Counted from the first letter of the stretch, positions 21,896 to 33,312 are shown. The stretch: DNA of 64,000 bases from an uncultured Planctomycetaceae bacterium (GCA_963815195.1 CAWFGE010000015.1:608001-672000); one strand, 5' to 3'. Numbers and translations are program-made. The notes: generated by a model not told the origin, from the letters alone.

Positions 21896-23257
21896 CTAAA
21901 ACAACTCCTGGATCACGTGGCCGTGGTCGATGGCGGGGACGGGGCGGCCGGCGTGGTTGGTGAAGCTGATGTGGGGATCGACGCCCAGGACGCGGAAGAT
22001 CGTGTGGTGGATGTCGCCGGGCCGTTTGGGGTTTTCCTGCGGGGCCTGGCCCAAGCGGTCGGTCGAACCGATCAGCCGCCCGCCCTGCACTCCCCCGCCG
22101 CCCATCAGGCAGAACATCGAGTTGCCCCAGTGGTCGCGGCCGGGCGTGCCCATGCCGCTGCCGTCGTTCATTTTGGGAGTCCGGCTGAACTCGCCGCAGA
22201 GCACGACCAACACGCGGTCCAACAGCCCGCGCTGGTGCAAGTCTTCAAACAGGGCCGAGACGAGCTGATCGATCTGTGGCAGATAGCGGTCGTAGCCTTC
22301 TTTGAGGTTCCAGTGATGATCCCAGCCGCCGAAGTGGCAGGTGACGAACGTGGCCCCGGCTTCGACCATCCGGCGGGCCAACAGCGTGCTTTGGCCCCAA
22401 CTCGTCCGGCCGTAGCGGTCCCGCAAACGAGGATCTTCGCTTTGAATGTCGAAGGCCTTGCGGGCCGAGGGGCCGGTGACCATCTCGAATGCGTTTTGCT
22501 CGAAGCGGTTCATGGCGTCCATCATGCCGGTCTGGTCGGCTTCTTTGCGGAGGGTATCAAACTGCGACAAAAGCGCCCGGCGGTTTTCCAATCGCTGGAC
22601 GTCGAGGCCGCCCGGCAAGTTGATGTTCTGCACCTGGAAGCGGGGGGAGTTGGCGTCGGAGACGGTTTCGAAGGGATCGTGCTGGACGCCCAGGTAATTC
22701 CCGCCGAAGTAACCGGGGCGGAGGCCGATGCTCATCCCGTAAGGAATCGCCACGTTCGCGGGCATGCCGGGCTTTCGCGCCCCGAGGAGTTTGGTGGCGA
22801 TGGAGCCGACGAAGGGATATTTGCCGGCGTTGTTGGCCCCGCTGACTTCGCCGCGGCCGGTGAGCATCCAATGCCCGCCGGTGAAGTGGTCGCCGGTGTC
22901 GTGGTGCAGGGAGCGGACGATGGAGAATCGGTCGGCGACTTTCGCCTGCAGCGGGTACATTTCGGTGACGTCGAAGCCGGAGACGTTGGTGCGGATGGGC
23001 CGCCAGATGCCTCGGTATTCCGCCGGGGCTTCGGGCTTCATGTCGTACATGTCCATGTGGCCTGGGCCGCCGTCGAGCCAGAGCAGAATCACGGCGGTGT
23101 CTTTCTTTTCGCCGCCGGCGTTCTGGGTGGACTCTTTGGCTTGGAGAAGCTGGGGCAGGCTCAATCCGCCCATGCCCGCCATGCCGACTTGGAGAAAGCT
23201 CCGCCGCGAAACGCGGTCGCAATACCGCCCTGCCCGTCCTGCATCAATCCGCAACAT
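21896..23257 (-). CDS. DUF1501 domain protein
   Basis: SRRSFLQ leader, WLDGGPGH, LLARRMVEAG, GEFSRTP, GRDHW. Confidence 0.92.
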   Translation of the reverse strand: MLRIDAGRAGRYCDRVSRRSFLQVGMAGMGGLSLPQLLQAKESTQNAGGEKKDTAVILLWLDGGPGHMDMYDMKPEAPAEYRGIWRPIRTNVSGFDVTEMYPLQAKVADRFSIVRSLHHDTGDHFTGGHWMLTGRGEVSGANNAGKYPFVGSIATKLLGARKPGMPANVAIPYGMSIGLRPGYFGGNYLGVQHDPFETVSDANSPRFQVQNINLPGGLDVQRLENRRALLSQFDTLRKEADQTGMMDAMNRFEQNAFEMVTGPSARKAFDIQSEDPRLRDRYGRTSWGQSTLLARRMVEAGATFVTCHFGGWDHHWNLKEGYDRYLPQIDQLVSALFEDLHQRGLLDRVLVVLCGEFSRTPKMNDGSGMGTPGRDHWGNSMFCLMGGGGVQGGRLIGSTDRLGQAPQENPKRPGDIHHTIFRVLGVDPHISFTNHAGRPVPAIDHGHVIQELF

Positions 23258-23344
23258 CAGAAAGCCCTTTCACACACGAAATCACCGAACCCATCAAGGT
23301 TCACGCATTTGTATAAGTGTAGAAAGGAGGTTGCGAAGTGTAAA

Positions 23345-23454
23345 GGCGAGCGGACCAACCTGCGGTCGGTGCCCGCGTGAGCCCCATGATCGTACGAAAA
23401 AAGCGAGTGTGATGGTTGCTGAAAAAATCATGGGGCTCGCGCCCCACGCTCGCC
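23345..23454. repeat. GGCGAGCG-type REP pair
   Basis: GGCGAGCGGACCAACC...GCCCC / GGGGCTCGCGCCCCACGCTCGCC; relatives at ~8900, 35279-35320, 54812-54890 and 62858. Confidence 0.7.
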
Positions 23455-24198
23455 TTATCCGAACGCCCCCTGGTTGGGCGAGATCATTGTGTTGGCTTTG
23501 ACGCATTCGATGAGGTTGGTCTGCACGACTTGGCGGTACATGTCCGGCAGGTGGCCATCGCCGCCGCAGACGAGGCATTTGAAAAAGCCGACTTTGCCGT
23601 TGCCCGCGCAGACTTTGCACTCTTTGCCCTCGATGGGATTGCCCCGCAGGTCGCCCTCGAAGGACCAGGCGTTTTCGAGGGTGCGGGCGGTGAGCCAATA
23701 GGTGTAGCCCAACGGGTCGGCCATTTTGAAGATCTCGCCCCGGCGGTGGCCGATGACCACGGTATAATGCCAGGTCTTCCGCGAGCTGCGGACCAGGACG
23801 ATCGGGGGGCGATTGTCTTCGACGGACTTCACGACATCGTCGAGCTGGGCTTGTTTTTTGAGGGTGTTGGCGAGGCCGTATTTCGTGAGAGCTTTCTGGA
23901 CCTTGCTCGGCCAGGTGAAGCCGACTTCGTCGTCGCCCATTTTGAACAGCGTGGTTCCCGCGATTTCCTTGAGCTTGGGAACGTCCACCAGGACGCCGTA
24001 GTATTTCAAAACCATCGAGCAGCATGTCGGCCCGCAACTGATTTTGTCTGGCTGCCGGATCACGGGGAAGTTGGACAACAAAACTCCGACGGGGTTGGCG
24101 GCCGAGGCGGAGGCGAGAAACGGCGAGAGCCCGCAAGCGGCTCCACAGGCGGCGGCGCGATGCAGGAATTGGCGGCGCGAGAGGTCACGTTCGGACAT
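23455..24198 (-). CDS. Tat-exported C39-like cysteine peptidase with a CxxCxGxG zinc finger
   Basis: SRRQFL; Q....SCGPTC, WHYTVV, ADP; CKVCAGNG...CLVCGGDG. Confidence 0.75.
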   Translation of the reverse strand: MSERDLSRRQFLHRAAACGAACGLSPFLASASAANPVGVLLSNFPVIRQPDKISCGPTCCSMVLKYYGVLVDVPKLKEIAGTTLFKMGDDEVGFTWPSKVQKALTKYGLANTLKKQAQLDDVVKSVEDNRPPIVLVRSSRKTWHYTVVIGHRRGEIFKMADPLGYTYWLTARTLENAWSFEGDLRGNPIEGKECKVCAGNGKVGFFKCLVCGGDGHLPDMYRQVVQTNLIECVKANTMISPNQGAFG

Positions 24199-24447
24199 AG
24201 GCAGGTCCGGCTTTGAGGCCAAATCAAGATGTGAAGGTATCCATCCTGAAGAATGAACTGCCTGATGCAGCTCATCCTAAGCCCCAAAATCGGTTCGCTC
24301 GGGCGCACAGATTGACCCGCGACATCGCTGTTCGCCGGGCTCGCGAGGTTTTGACAGCGCGAACGCGGCAGAACCGGCAGGAGCAATGCGTTCCCTGCAT
24401 TCGATACATTTTACCAGATGCTGATGTGACTTGCCAGGATTTTCTTT

Positions 24448-24687
24448 TTACTGGGCGGTCACGAGGAAGGTCCAGATGGCGACCAGCAGCATCACAATCA
24501 CGGTATAGAAGAAGAACAGGCTCAACATTTTGCCGATCACGCCGCCCGCGTGGCGATCTTCCGAGCCGAAATAGGTCATCTCGTCTTTATCGAACAGGTC
24601 CTTGGGCGGAGCGATCTCGGGAACGACCGGTTTCTCGATTTCCTGGCCTTGCTGTTCCGGGGTTTGAAGAGTGCTGGTTTCGGTCAT
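24448..24687 (-). CDS. Small membrane protein
   Basis: GGAGAGG RBS; C-terminal transmembrane helix. Confidence 0.65.
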   Translation of the reverse strand: MTETSTLQTPEQQGQEIEKPVVPEIAPPKDLFDKDEMTYFGSEDRHAGGVIGKMLSLFFFYTVIVMLLVAIWTFLVTAQ

Positions 24688-25094
24688 AAGGGCCTCTCCC
24701 CTGCTCTGGGCTGTTACCTACGGGTTTTGAAAAATTTGCCTAACGTCCGATAATCTCGCGAGGATGTTTTCGCCTTTTTACAAAACTTGAGCGGATTTTC
24801 CCAGTTCTCGGGAAAAATGACATAGACATCCATATTTATCCGTATTTTTCCCCAAACCGGCCGGTCTGTCGAGCGAAATTCCGACCGAAATCGTCCAAAA
24901 ACGAACAATTCGCGCGAAGTGTTGGACTGCGAAGAGTTTTTCTGCTGGGGATTGTGGAGAAAATCGTTGGCATCCCAAGGATTGGAAGGCCAATACTTCG
25001 CGCCTGAGGATTTGCGCGCGGACACTTCGGTTCCCAAGCATCTTTTCGGGAAAGGTCAGCCCTTATAAAGATTAGCCCACAAAAAGTTGGGATC

Positions 25095-25865
25095 CTAAGC
25101 ATTTTCTTGGAGGAGTTCGAGCAGCTTGTTGTCCGCGGGGTACGGATGGCCCTTGTGCTGCCGAAACGCCTCGCCGAAGTCGGCCCCGACTTCCCTGCCC
25201 CGGGCTTCGCTCCAGCGGCGGTTGCTTTCGAGGTATTCATCGATGCCGTGCTGCTGCCGGAGCCAGGCCCGCTGGCTGTCGTGGCAGGCGAGCATGCTCT
25301 GTTTGAGCTCGAACGTCGCGGAAATATCGATGACGAACTCCGGCGGGATCGGCTGGCCGAAGTAATCCACGCCTTCGATCGCATCCACATAATACAGGTG
25401 CGGGATCTTGGACAGCGGCGGCGCGGGATCCCATTGGCGGGTCGAATAATGCGGGACCGAGGCATTGAAGCACGCATCCCGCACGAGCCGGCTCGTGACT
25501 TCGTGATCGCTCATATAATCCACGGGAGGAGCCGTGATCACAATGTCCGGCCGAGCTCGGCGAATGGCTTCGGCCACGCGGTGCCGGCTGTCGTTGTCGA
25601 AGCAGATCGACAAATCCCGAAACTCAAGGCACTGGTACTCCGCCCCCAACAGTTCCGCCGACTTCGCCGCTTCGCCTCGGCGGACCTTGGCGATTTCGTC
25701 GGGCGGCAATTCCGCGCTGCCCAAGTCGCCGGGCGTCATCGTCGCCATCACAATCTCGCAGCCCCGCTGCTTAAGCAAAGCCAGCGTCGCCGCGCACTGA
25801 AATTCCAGATCATCGGGATGGGCATGAATCGCCAACACCCGCACGGCAGAAGAACCATCGGACAT
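25095..25865 (-). CDS. PIG-L/LmbE family deacetylase
   Basis: [22 protein letters not shown]. Confidence 0.9.
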   Translation of the reverse strand: MSDGSSAVRVLAIHAHPDDLEFQCAATLALLKQRGCEIVMATMTPGDLGSAELPPDEIAKVRRGEAAKSAELLGAEYQCLEFRDLSICFDNDSRHRVAEAIRRARPDIVITAPPVDYMSDHEVTSRLVRDACFNASVPHYSTRQWDPAPPLSKIPHLYYVDAIEGVDYFGQPIPPEFVIDISATFELKQSMLACHDSQRAWLRQQHGIDEYLESNRRWSEARGREVGADFGEAFRQHKGHPYPADNKLLELLQENA

Positions 25866-25927
25866 AACAAGTTCTCGAGAAGATCCAGGATGAGACTACG
25901 ATTAAAAGACCCGTAAGTGGGATTGAT

Positions 25928-26008
25928 GTGAGCGGTACGGCGCTAGCCGCCGGCCGAGTAGAGACCACGCAAACTTACACAGGCCGGGGGCTAGCGCCCA
26001 GCCGCTCA
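25928..26008. repeat. GTGAGCGG-type REP pair
   Basis: GTGAGCGGTACGGCGCTAGCCGCCGGCC ... GGCCGGGGGCTAGCGCCCAGCCGCTCA. Confidence 0.75.
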
Positions 26009-27082
26009 TTTTTCAGGTTTATCGGACAGACTCTTCGTGCCTTCGTGGTTCTCTCTTTTTTCATTGTCATTGGGAGCGAGACAATCCGCGAATCGCTTCG
26101 ACGCAAACGTGCGGCGGGGTTCGCCTAAGACGATGAACGCGGCGGTGTCTTTTGTGGATTCGACGAGTTTCAAGCCCGCTTCGGGACCGAGGACGCTCAC
26201 CGCGGAGGCGAGGCTGTCGGCTTCCATGCCGGTGGGGGCGATAATCGTCACGCTGGACCGCTGCGTCAATCCCAGGCCCGTTTTTGGATTGACGATGTGC
26301 GAATACCGCGTGCCCGCGATTTCCACGAACTGAAACGCATCGCCCGAGGTCGCGACCGCGGCGTTTTTGATTTCCAGAATCCGGCTCGGCGGGCCGTCGG
26401 TTTGTTCGAGCGGAGCGATCCCGATCCGCCAACCGGCTTTCCCCGGCGGCGGATCGCCCAGCACCAGGTCGCCCCCGGCGTCGATCATCACCCGCGAAAC
26501 GCCGTTTTCCCGCAACGCCGCGAGCGCCGCATCCCCGGCGTATCCCTTGGCGATCCCGCCCAGATCGAGCCGCATGCTTTGTTGCGCGAGCGTCACGCGG
26601 CGGCGTTTCTCATCGAGCTTGACCTTTTGATAACCGACCGCTTGGAGAGCTTCTTTGAGGCGGTCAGCATCGGGGAGTTCTTTCTGCCAACGCGCCCGCC
26701 GCCATAACCGCACCACCGGCCCCACGGTCACGTCAAACGCCCCGTGACTTCGCTTGGAAACGTCCTGGGCGTGCTTTAAGACCATAAACAAATCGCCGCT
26801 CACGGGCACCGCCTTTCCCGGCTCGGCCCGGTCGCAGAGTTGACGCAGTTCGCTTTCGGGGTTGTAATCGCTCATGCGGCGATCCACGTCCGCGATGCGG
26901 TCGAAAGCCGCCTTTGCCGCCTTGTTTGCGATGCCTTCATCCGGGGCGTATAATGTGAACTTGACCAAAATTCCCATATGCTTCTCTTCGTAGGAGAACC
27001 GTTGGAGCGGTTTCCCATCGGCGGCATTTACGGGGCGAAAGGCGGTTCCCCAAAGAACCGCGAGCATCGTCAGGTATCTCAT
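26006..27082 (-). CDS. apbE: FAD:protein FMN transferase
   Basis: [36 protein letters not shown]. Confidence 0.9.
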   Translation of the reverse strand: MRYLTMLAVLWGTAFRPVNAADGKPLQRFSYEEKHMGILVKFTLYAPDEGIANKAAKAAFDRIADVDRRMSDYNPESELRQLCDRAEPGKAVPVSGDLFMVLKHAQDVSKRSHGAFDVTVGPVVRLWRRARWQKELPDADRLKEALQAVGYQKVKLDEKRRRVTLAQQSMRLDLGGIAKGYAGDAALAALRENGVSRVMIDAGGDLVLGDPPPGKAGWRIGIAPLEQTDGPPSRILEIKNAAVATSGDAFQFVEIAGTRYSHIVNPKTGLGLTQRSSVTIIAPTGMEADSLASAVSVLGPEAGLKLVESTKDTAAFIVLGEPRRTFASKRFADCLAPNDNEKRENHEGTKSLSDKPEK

Positions 27083-27126
27083 TGATGGACCTCGAAAGTC
27101 GTCTCTTATTTCACAGGAATCCAAAC

Positions 27127-28191
27127 GTGTTCAACATAAACCGCCTTTGGAGTGCTCTGCAAGTGGCCGGGGTCTTGATTGCTGGGCTGTTCGCCGGTTT
27201 CGTCCCTCAAACTCAAGGGGCGGACCAATCGGACAAGCCCGCCGCGAAGATGGAGGCCTACACCGAGACGATCCCCGACACGGAAATCAAGTTCGAGATG
27301 CTGCCGATCCCCGGTGGGGAATTTGTGATGGGCAGCCCCAAGACCGAACCGAACCGCAAGCCCGACGAAGGTCCGCAGCACAAGGTCAAGATCGAGCCGT
27401 TCTGGATGGAGAAGCACGAAGTCACCTGGAACGAGTACGACATTTGGAGCTTTAATCTGGACATTCAGCGGCGGAAGCTCAAAGGGGCGAATCCGTCGGC
27501 CTTGGATAAAATCGCCGACGCCGTCACCCGCCCGACAAAGCCCTACACCGACATGACGTTCGACATGGGCCACGACAATTATCCCGCCATCTGCATGACG
27601 CAGCTCGCGGCGAAGATGTACTGCAAATGGCTCTCGGCGAAGACCGGCCATTATTACCGGCTGCCCACGGAAGCCGAGTGGGAATACGCCTGCCGAGCCG
27701 GGACGACGACCGCGTATTCGTTCGGCGACGATCCGAAAAAGCTCAGCGAGTACGGCTGGTATTACGACATCAGCGACGACAAATACCACCCCGTCATGCA
27801 GAAGAAGCCGAATCCCTGGGGGCTTTACGACATGCACGGGAACGTCTCGGAATGGGTGCTCGATCAGTACGATGCCGACTTCTATCAGAAGTTCAAGGGC
27901 GTGAAAGTCGCGAGCTTTCCAGAGACGTATAGCGTCCCCGAGAAACTTTATCCGCGCGTGGTCCGCGGCGGATCGTGGGACAACGATCCCGAAGGCTTGC
28001 GGAGTGCCGCGCGGTATGCCTCGACGCCGGATTGGAAAATCCAAGACCCGCAGATCCCGCAGAGCATCTGGTATCACACCGACGCGTTGCACGTGGGCTT
28101 CCGCGTGGTCCGGCCGCTGAACCCGCCGACGGAAGCCGAGAAACAAAAGCTGAAACTGGAACCGATCGCGAAAGACCTCGTGAAGAAATAA
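27127..28191 (+). CDS. Formylglycine-generating enzyme (SUMF1) domain protein
   Basis: [48 protein letters not shown]; start uncertain. Confidence 0.9.
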   Translation: MFNINRLWSALQVAGVLIAGLFAGFVPQTQGADQSDKPAAKMEAYTETIPDTEIKFEMLPIPGGEFVMGSPKTEPNRKPDEGPQHKVKIEPFWMEKHEVTWNEYDIWSFNLDIQRRKLKGANPSALDKIADAVTRPTKPYTDMTFDMGHDNYPAICMTQLAAKMYCKWLSAKTGHYYRLPTEAEWEYACRAGTTTAYSFGDDPKKLSEYGWYYDISDDKYHPVMQKKPNPWGLYDMHGNVSEWVLDQYDADFYQKFKGVKVASFPETYSVPEKLYPRVVRGGSWDNDPEGLRSAARYASTPDWKIQDPQIPQSIWYHTDALHVGFRVVRPLNPPTEAEKQKLKLEPIAKDLVKK

Positions 28192-28236
28192 CTCCGATAA
28201 ATCCTCGAACCGACCTTTAACCTCCTGGAGAAAACC

Positions 28237-29559
28237 ATGACGACGCCCAAAGAGACGCCAAAACCCAGCCGACGCGATTTTGTGAAGACCTCGGCCGCTG
28301 CCGCCGTGGGAGCCGGGCTTCTGGGAACGTTCGCAGCCCCGGCGGGCGCTTATGCCGCGGAGGATGACACGATCAAAATCGGTCTGGTCGGTTGCGGCGG
28401 CCGCGGGACTGGGGCGGCGACGCAGGCTCTCTCCACCAAGGGCAACGTGAAGCTCATCGCAATGGCCGACGCCTTCCGCGATCAGTTGGATAGCAGTCTC
28501 AACAATATCAAACGCCGGCACGCCGACCGCGTGGCTGTCGATGACGACCACAAGTTCGTGGGCTTCGACGCCTACAAACAGTTGATCGACAGCGGCGTGG
28601 ACCTGGTGATCCTCGCGACGCCTCCCGGCTTTCGGCCGATCCATGTCGAAGCCGCGGTCAAAGCCGGCAAGCACGTCTTCATGGAAAAACCCGTCGCCAC
28701 CGACGCCCCGGGCGTCCGCAAAGTCCTCGCGGCGGTCGAAGAAGCCAAGAAGAAGAACCTGAAGCTCGGCGTGGGCCTGCAACGGCATCATCAAAACACG
28801 TACAACGCCACGATCGACGAGCTCAAGGACGGCGCGATCGGGGACATCATCGCCCTCCGCGTGTACTGGAACGGCGGCGGCGTGTGGGATCCCCGCAGAA
28901 GCCGCGACCAGGTCTCGAGCGAAATGGAATACCAGATGCGCAACTGGTACTACTACACCTGGCTGTGCGGAGACCACATCTGCGAGCAGCACATTCACAA
29001 TCTGGACGTCGGCTGCTGGGTGAAAGACGCCTACCCCGTGAAGGCCTACGGCATGGGCGGGCGGGAAGTGCGCATCGATCCCAAGTACGGGCAGATCTTC
29101 GACCACTTCGCCGTGGAATACGAGTTCGCCGACGGCACGAGGATGTACAGCCAATGCCGGCACATCCCCAACTGCTGGAACAGCGTTTCCGAGCACGCCC
29201 ACGGCTCGAAGGGCTTCGCCGACATCGGCGGGGCGAGCTATAAGAACAACGACGGCAACACCTGGCGATACCGGGGGCCGAAGAACAACCCCTACCAGAC
29301 GGAGCACGACGACCTGTTTGCCGCGATCCGCCAGGACACGCCCTACAACGAAGGCGAATACGGGGCCCATAGCACGCTGACCGCGATCCTGGGCCGGGCC
29401 GCGACGTACTCGGGCAAGCCCATCACCTGGGACGAGTGCCTCCATTCCGACCTCAGCCTGATGCCCAAGGAGTTTTCCTTCGAAGCCGACCCGCCCGTGC
29501 TGCCCAACGACCAAGGCCGTTATCCGGTCCCCGTCCCCGGCGTCACCAAAGCGGTTTAG
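28237..29559 (+). CDS. Tat-exported Gfo/Idh/MocA oxidoreductase
   Basis: [31 protein letters not shown]. Confidence 0.92.
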   Translation: MTTPKETPKPSRRDFVKTSAAAAVGAGLLGTFAAPAGAYAAEDDTIKIGLVGCGGRGTGAATQALSTKGNVKLIAMADAFRDQLDSSLNNIKRRHADRVAVDDDHKFVGFDAYKQLIDSGVDLVILATPPGFRPIHVEAAVKAGKHVFMEKPVATDAPGVRKVLAAVEEAKKKNLKLGVGLQRHHQNTYNATIDELKDGAIGDIIALRVYWNGGGVWDPRRSRDQVSSEMEYQMRNWYYYTWLCGDHICEQHIHNLDVGCWVKDAYPVKAYGMGGREVRIDPKYGQIFDHFAVEYEFADGTRMYSQCRHIPNCWNSVSEHAHGSKGFADIGGASYKNNDGNTWRYRGPKNNPYQTEHDDLFAAIRQDTPYNEGEYGAHSTLTAILGRAATYSGKPITWDECLHSDLSLMPKEFSFEADPPVLPNDQGRYPVPVPGVTKAV

Positions 29560-29573
29560 TGCAAAACGCTGGA

Positions 29574-29638
29574 TCAGCCGGAACGCGTTAGCGCCCGCTT
29601 CGCTCAATCGAGAACCGGGGCGAGCGCCCTGCGGCTAA
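29574..29638. repeat. REP-like pair (TCAGCCGGAACGCGTTAGCG ... CCGGGGCGAGCGCCCTGCGGCTAA)
   Basis: A related element lies in the opposite orientation at ~51794-51880. Confidence 0.65.
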
Positions 29639-29670
29639 TTCATTAGACCCAGCCGAACAAATCCACAAGC

Positions 29671-29704
29671 AAGCAGGCTGCGAAGATTCGCGGCCTGCTT
29701 TTTC
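29671..29704 (+). terminator. Rho-independent terminator
   Basis: AAGCAGGCTGCG...CGCGGCCTGCTT followed by a T run. Confidence 0.7.
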
Positions 29705-29728
29705 TATCGCCTTTGGAATTCTTCTCGC

Positions 29729-31294
29729 ATGAAACGCGCCCCGGTGCTTTTTCTCTTGGCCCTCGTCTTCAGCGGCTTGGCGCTCGGGGTGTTGTGGGGC
29801 TGGAAGATTCCCTTGGGCGTTCCGGGCGAGTGGACGTGGGGACGGATTCCAATCCAGGGCACCGACGCGTGGGACGTGGCGCTGTGCGGATTGGGATGCG
29901 CACTGGCCGGGGCACTTTATGCCGGCCTGGTGCGCGCGGGAGCGACGCGAATCGACGAAGCGGGATTTCTCGAATCGAGTTTCTGGCTGGCGACTCTCAC
30001 GGCGGCGGCGTTCGGTTGGCTGATCATCTTGGAACTCAGCCCGCCCGCGGGGTTCGGGTTATCGAAGTCGGCCTGGGTGCTGTATTATCCCGGCCCGTCC
30101 GGATACTTCCACGAAGCCCGCTACCGGAAGGAAACGACCGGCGAGTATTTGGCGAACTACGAGAAAGATATTCAATCCCAAGACGTCAAGCGGCGGGTGC
30201 TGCACCACGGGACGCATCCGCCGGGGTTGTTTCTGTGTTATCGGGGTCTGATCCACCTCTGCGAATCCTCGCCGGGCCTGGTGAGGGTCCTGCTGCAAAC
30301 CGAGCCGCCGTCGGTGTCGGGGATGTTCGACGAGATCGCCTCCCAAAACCGCCGGACCGGCAGAATTCTGAAGGACAGCGACCGGGCCGTCATCTGGCTG
30401 ATGACGCTGATCACGCATCTTCTGGGGGCGGCGGTTGTCGCGCCTTTGTTTTTCCTGGCCCGGCATATCGCCTCGAAACCGGCCGCCTGGACCGCCGCCG
30501 CGTTCTGGCCGCTCCTGCCGGCTCTCGCCGTGTTCCTGCCCAAGTCGGACGTGCTTTACGCTTTTTTCGGCACGCTGTTCCTCGCGGTGTGGCTGTCCGG
30601 TTGGAGTCGGCGATGTTTCCTAAGGTGTTTTTTGGCGGGAGGAATTTTTGGGGGCGGGATGCTGTTCAGCCTGGCCTTGTTGCCGGTGGGTTTGCTCGCG
30701 GCCCTCATCACGATTTGGGAGGTGGTCTTCGCTTCGGACCGCGACACGAAACGGTCGCGTGCCAAATCCGCGGGACGGTTGGTTTTAGCGGCCGGGTTGG
30801 GATTTCTCGTGCCGACATTGGCGATGGGACTCGTTTGGGGCCTGAATCTGCCGGCGGTGTGGTGGCTGAACTATCAGAATCACGCCGAGTTCTATCAGCA
30901 CTTCCCGCGGAGCTATGGGACGTGGCTCGCGGTCAATCCGCTGGAAACATTTTTCGCCTTGGGAGCCCCCGCGGCGGTGCTGTTTCTCGCGGCGTGGGTC
31001 CGGCTGTGGAAAGACCGAAACAGCCTGCCCCGCGAAACCTGGGGCGCCTACGCGGGGTTCGCGGCGGTGATGGGACTCTTGTGGATCACGGGAAAAAACC
31101 GCGGGGAAGCCGCCCGGCTGTGGCTCGTGGTCTTTCCGTATTTCCTCTGGCTCTCCGCCCGGATATGGGAACCCGATCCATCGCCCCCGCCCCATAATCG
31201 CCCGGCCGCATCCCCCCTGCCCTTCCTGGCGCTGCAATTGATCGTGTGCTGGTTCACCGTCGTCCGCGTGAACGGGTTTCCGTTACCGTTATGA
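29729..31294 (+). CDS. Polytopic membrane protein, GT-C glycosyltransferase-like
   Basis: More than 10 hydrophobic segments, THPPG loop motif, GEAARLW. Confidence 0.6.
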   Translation: MKRAPVLFLLALVFSGLALGVLWGWKIPLGVPGEWTWGRIPIQGTDAWDVALCGLGCALAGALYAGLVRAGATRIDEAGFLESSFWLATLTAAAFGWLIILELSPPAGFGLSKSAWVLYYPGPSGYFHEARYRKETTGEYLANYEKDIQSQDVKRRVLHHGTHPPGLFLCYRGLIHLCESSPGLVRVLLQTEPPSVSGMFDEIASQNRRTGRILKDSDRAVIWLMTLITHLLGAAVVAPLFFLARHIASKPAAWTAAAFWPLLPALAVFLPKSDVLYAFFGTLFLAVWLSGWSRRCFLRCFLAGGIFGGGMLFSLALLPVGLLAALITIWEVVFASDRDTKRSRAKSAGRLVLAAGLGFLVPTLAMGLVWGLNLPAVWWLNYQNHAEFYQHFPRSYGTWLAVNPLETFFALGAPAAVLFLAAWVRLWKDRNSLPRETWGAYAGFAAVMGLLWITGKNRGEAARLWLVVFPYFLWLSARIWEPDPSPPPHNRPAASPLPFLALQLIVCWFTVVRVNGFPLPL

Positions 31295-31370
31295 GTTTCG
31301 CTCGGGCAAAGCGAAACCTTCCCTCGAGTTCCGCTCGCCGCCGGGCGGGTGGTTTGTCGATACTTGAAAT

Positions 31371-32207
31371 ATGGGGATCTTCTTTCGTCACGCGCCCGCG
31401 TTCTGTTTGTGCCGAGCCTTGGGGCTGGTCTGTTTGTGGGGGCTTTTCGGCTGTTGGGCGAAGCCGCTCGAATATGTTGAAGTCAAACGCATCGACGAGG
31501 CGGTGACCGAGACGGAACTCGATGCGTTTTTGGAAGTCGTCCGTCTGCTGCCCGAGGAAAAACTGCCGGAATTGCAGCCGATCTACCGCCCGCCCGCCCG
31601 CTGGAGCGCGGGGCGAACGCTGCCGGTGAGTGAACTCGTCAACGAAGAGACGGCTCAGATCGAACGCCCTTGGGACACGAAGCATTTGGCCCAGGAGGTG
31701 GAAACCAACCGCCGGCTGCAACGGGTGCTCCGCCGCGTGGAGATGACGCCGGAGCAGTTCATGGGGCTGATGCTCGCGGTGGGGACGGCGATGAATCGCA
31801 GCCGGCTGCCCGAAGACTACGACTTCGACAGCCTGATTCAGCACGGCCAGCAGGTGATCACCCGCCTCAAGCGGAACCGCACGCCGTTTGTCGATTACAG
31901 CCCCGATCGGCAGTTTTCCGTCATGCGCGAGGCGATCTGGCTGAACCGCGTCGACCGGGCCAAGCGGCTCCGCGACGTCCCGCGGGAAAACGTGGAACTC
32001 GTGCGGAAACATTGGGACGAACTGGCGGCCATCTTTCCGGAAGAGTTCGCGATCGACCCGTTGGGCCCGATCGCAGACCACATGCGGGAGCAAGGCACGC
32101 CGTTCGAGGAACTTCAGGACACCGGCAGCGATGCCGCGATTCAATGGAACCCCGACGAAGCCCTCATCGGCAACGATCCCTACCCGGCCGTCTCCCCCGC
32201 GAATTGA
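31371..32207 (+). CDS. Hypothetical (lipo)protein
   Basis: LWGLFGC lipobox-like motif; host codon usage. Confidence 0.65.
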   Translation: MGIFFRHAPAFCLCRALGLVCLWGLFGCWAKPLEYVEVKRIDEAVTETELDAFLEVVRLLPEEKLPELQPIYRPPARWSAGRTLPVSELVNEETAQIERPWDTKHLAQEVETNRRLQRVLRRVEMTPEQFMGLMLAVGTAMNRSRLPEDYDFDSLIQHGQQVITRLKRNRTPFVDYSPDRQFSVMREAIWLNRVDRAKRLRDVPRENVELVRKHWDELAAIFPEEFAIDPLGPIADHMREQGTPFEELQDTGSDAAIQWNPDEALIGNDPYPAVSPAN

Positions 32208-32232
32208 TCGCATCTCTCGCGAGATAATTCAT

Positions 32233-32291
32233 TAGCCCGAACCGCAAGCGAGGGAAATCGCTTGAAATCCCTCGCTTGCGTTTCGGGCTGA
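32233..32291. repeat. Long palindrome (TAGCCCGAACCGCAAGCGAGGGA...TCCCTCGCTTGCGTTTCGGGCTG)
   Basis: About 23-bp inverted arms in intergenic DNA. Confidence 0.7.
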
Positions 32292-32426
32292 TTGAAGCCA
32301 CCGCTACGGAAAAAGGCATCCGATTCTTCGAGCCTCGGGGTGGAATGAATGGGGAAGTTTTGGCAACATAGGCGGATTCAGGTTTGCCAATGCTTCCAAG
32401 TTCCCGACACCTAAGAGGATCGACTC

Positions 32427-33155
32427 ATGGGCCAGAATGTGCATGTCCACTACTCGGCGGAACAATACGACGCCTACACCGCCGACTCCGTCAAGACCTA
32501 CGACAACCGCATTATCAAGCGGCTGAAGATCGAGCTGAGATTCCTGCCCGCCGGCCCCAAGCAGTTTGTGGACGTGGGCACGGGGACAGCTCAACTGCTG
32601 CTCCAGATCGCTGGCGATCCGGATTTCCAGGATTTCCATCTCATCGGCACCGATTATTTTGAGGACATGGTGGTCAAGGCCCGGGAAACGGTGTCCGGCC
32701 AAGGACTTGCGGAAAGAATCCAACTCGACCACAACGATGTGCACAACCTGCCCTACCCCGACGAGTTCGCGCACATGGTCATCAGCCGCTCGACGATTCA
32801 TCATTGGGCGGAACCGGTCAAAGCCCTCAGCGAGATTCACCGGATTCTGAAGCCCGGCGGCGTCGCGGTGATTCACGAGCCCCGCCGAAACCCGCATCCC
32901 AAGGCCCTGGAAGACTTTAACCGCCGCCGCGCGGAACTGGGCGTGCCCCCGGCGGACCTGGACGAAAAATACACGCCGGCCGAGGTCTGGGATTTTATCC
33001 AAAAAGCCGGCATCGCCCGGAACAGCAACCTGTTCGCTCCCAAACGAGGCCCCGGTTCGCTGGGGTTTGAGGTTCGCATCTGCAAATGCCCGGTGTTCTT
33101 CACCTATCTCGTCGGATTTCTGGGCCGGGCGAAAATGTTGTTGAGCAGTTGGTAA
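32427..33155 (+). CDS. Class I SAM-dependent methyltransferase
   Basis: VDVGTGTA, LPYPDE, IHHW, RILKPGG. Confidence 0.9.
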   Translation: MGQNVHVHYSAEQYDAYTADSVKTYDNRIIKRLKIELRFLPAGPKQFVDVGTGTAQLLLQIAGDPDFQDFHLIGTDYFEDMVVKARETVSGQGLAERIQLDHNDVHNLPYPDEFAHMVISRSTIHHWAEPVKALSEIHRILKPGGVAVIHEPRRNPHPKALEDFNRRRAELGVPPADLDEKYTPAEVWDFIQKAGIARNSNLFAPKRGPGSLGFEVRICKCPVFFTYLVGFLGRAKMLLSSW

Positions 33156-33283
33156 ACCGGCCGCAAAAGCCCAAAATCTGCAAATTCCCCAAGAAAATCC
33201 CAGTTTCGTGCGCGACATAAGTTGGATTCTTGAACTGCATTCCGTCCGATCACGATTTTTTTTCAAAAAAGTCGGATAACCGT

Positions 33284-33312
33284 TAAAGGTTCCCCAAACT
33301 GACGGCCGATGA
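33284..33312 (+). promoter_or_regulatory. sigma28/FliA-like promoter motif
   Basis: TAAAG-N16-GCCGATGA upstream of the Cys/Pro-rich gene. Confidence 0.45.

Noticed and set aside
24690..25090. Possible ncRNA in a 400-bp intergenic gap
   Set aside because: No recognisable RNA motif or strong structure; probably promoter DNA.
27106..29607. Long antisense ORFs (also 43967..46450, 54835..57300, 21851..23380, 9080..10624)
   Set aside because: They lie opposite well-supported genes, as expected from high-GC codon bias.
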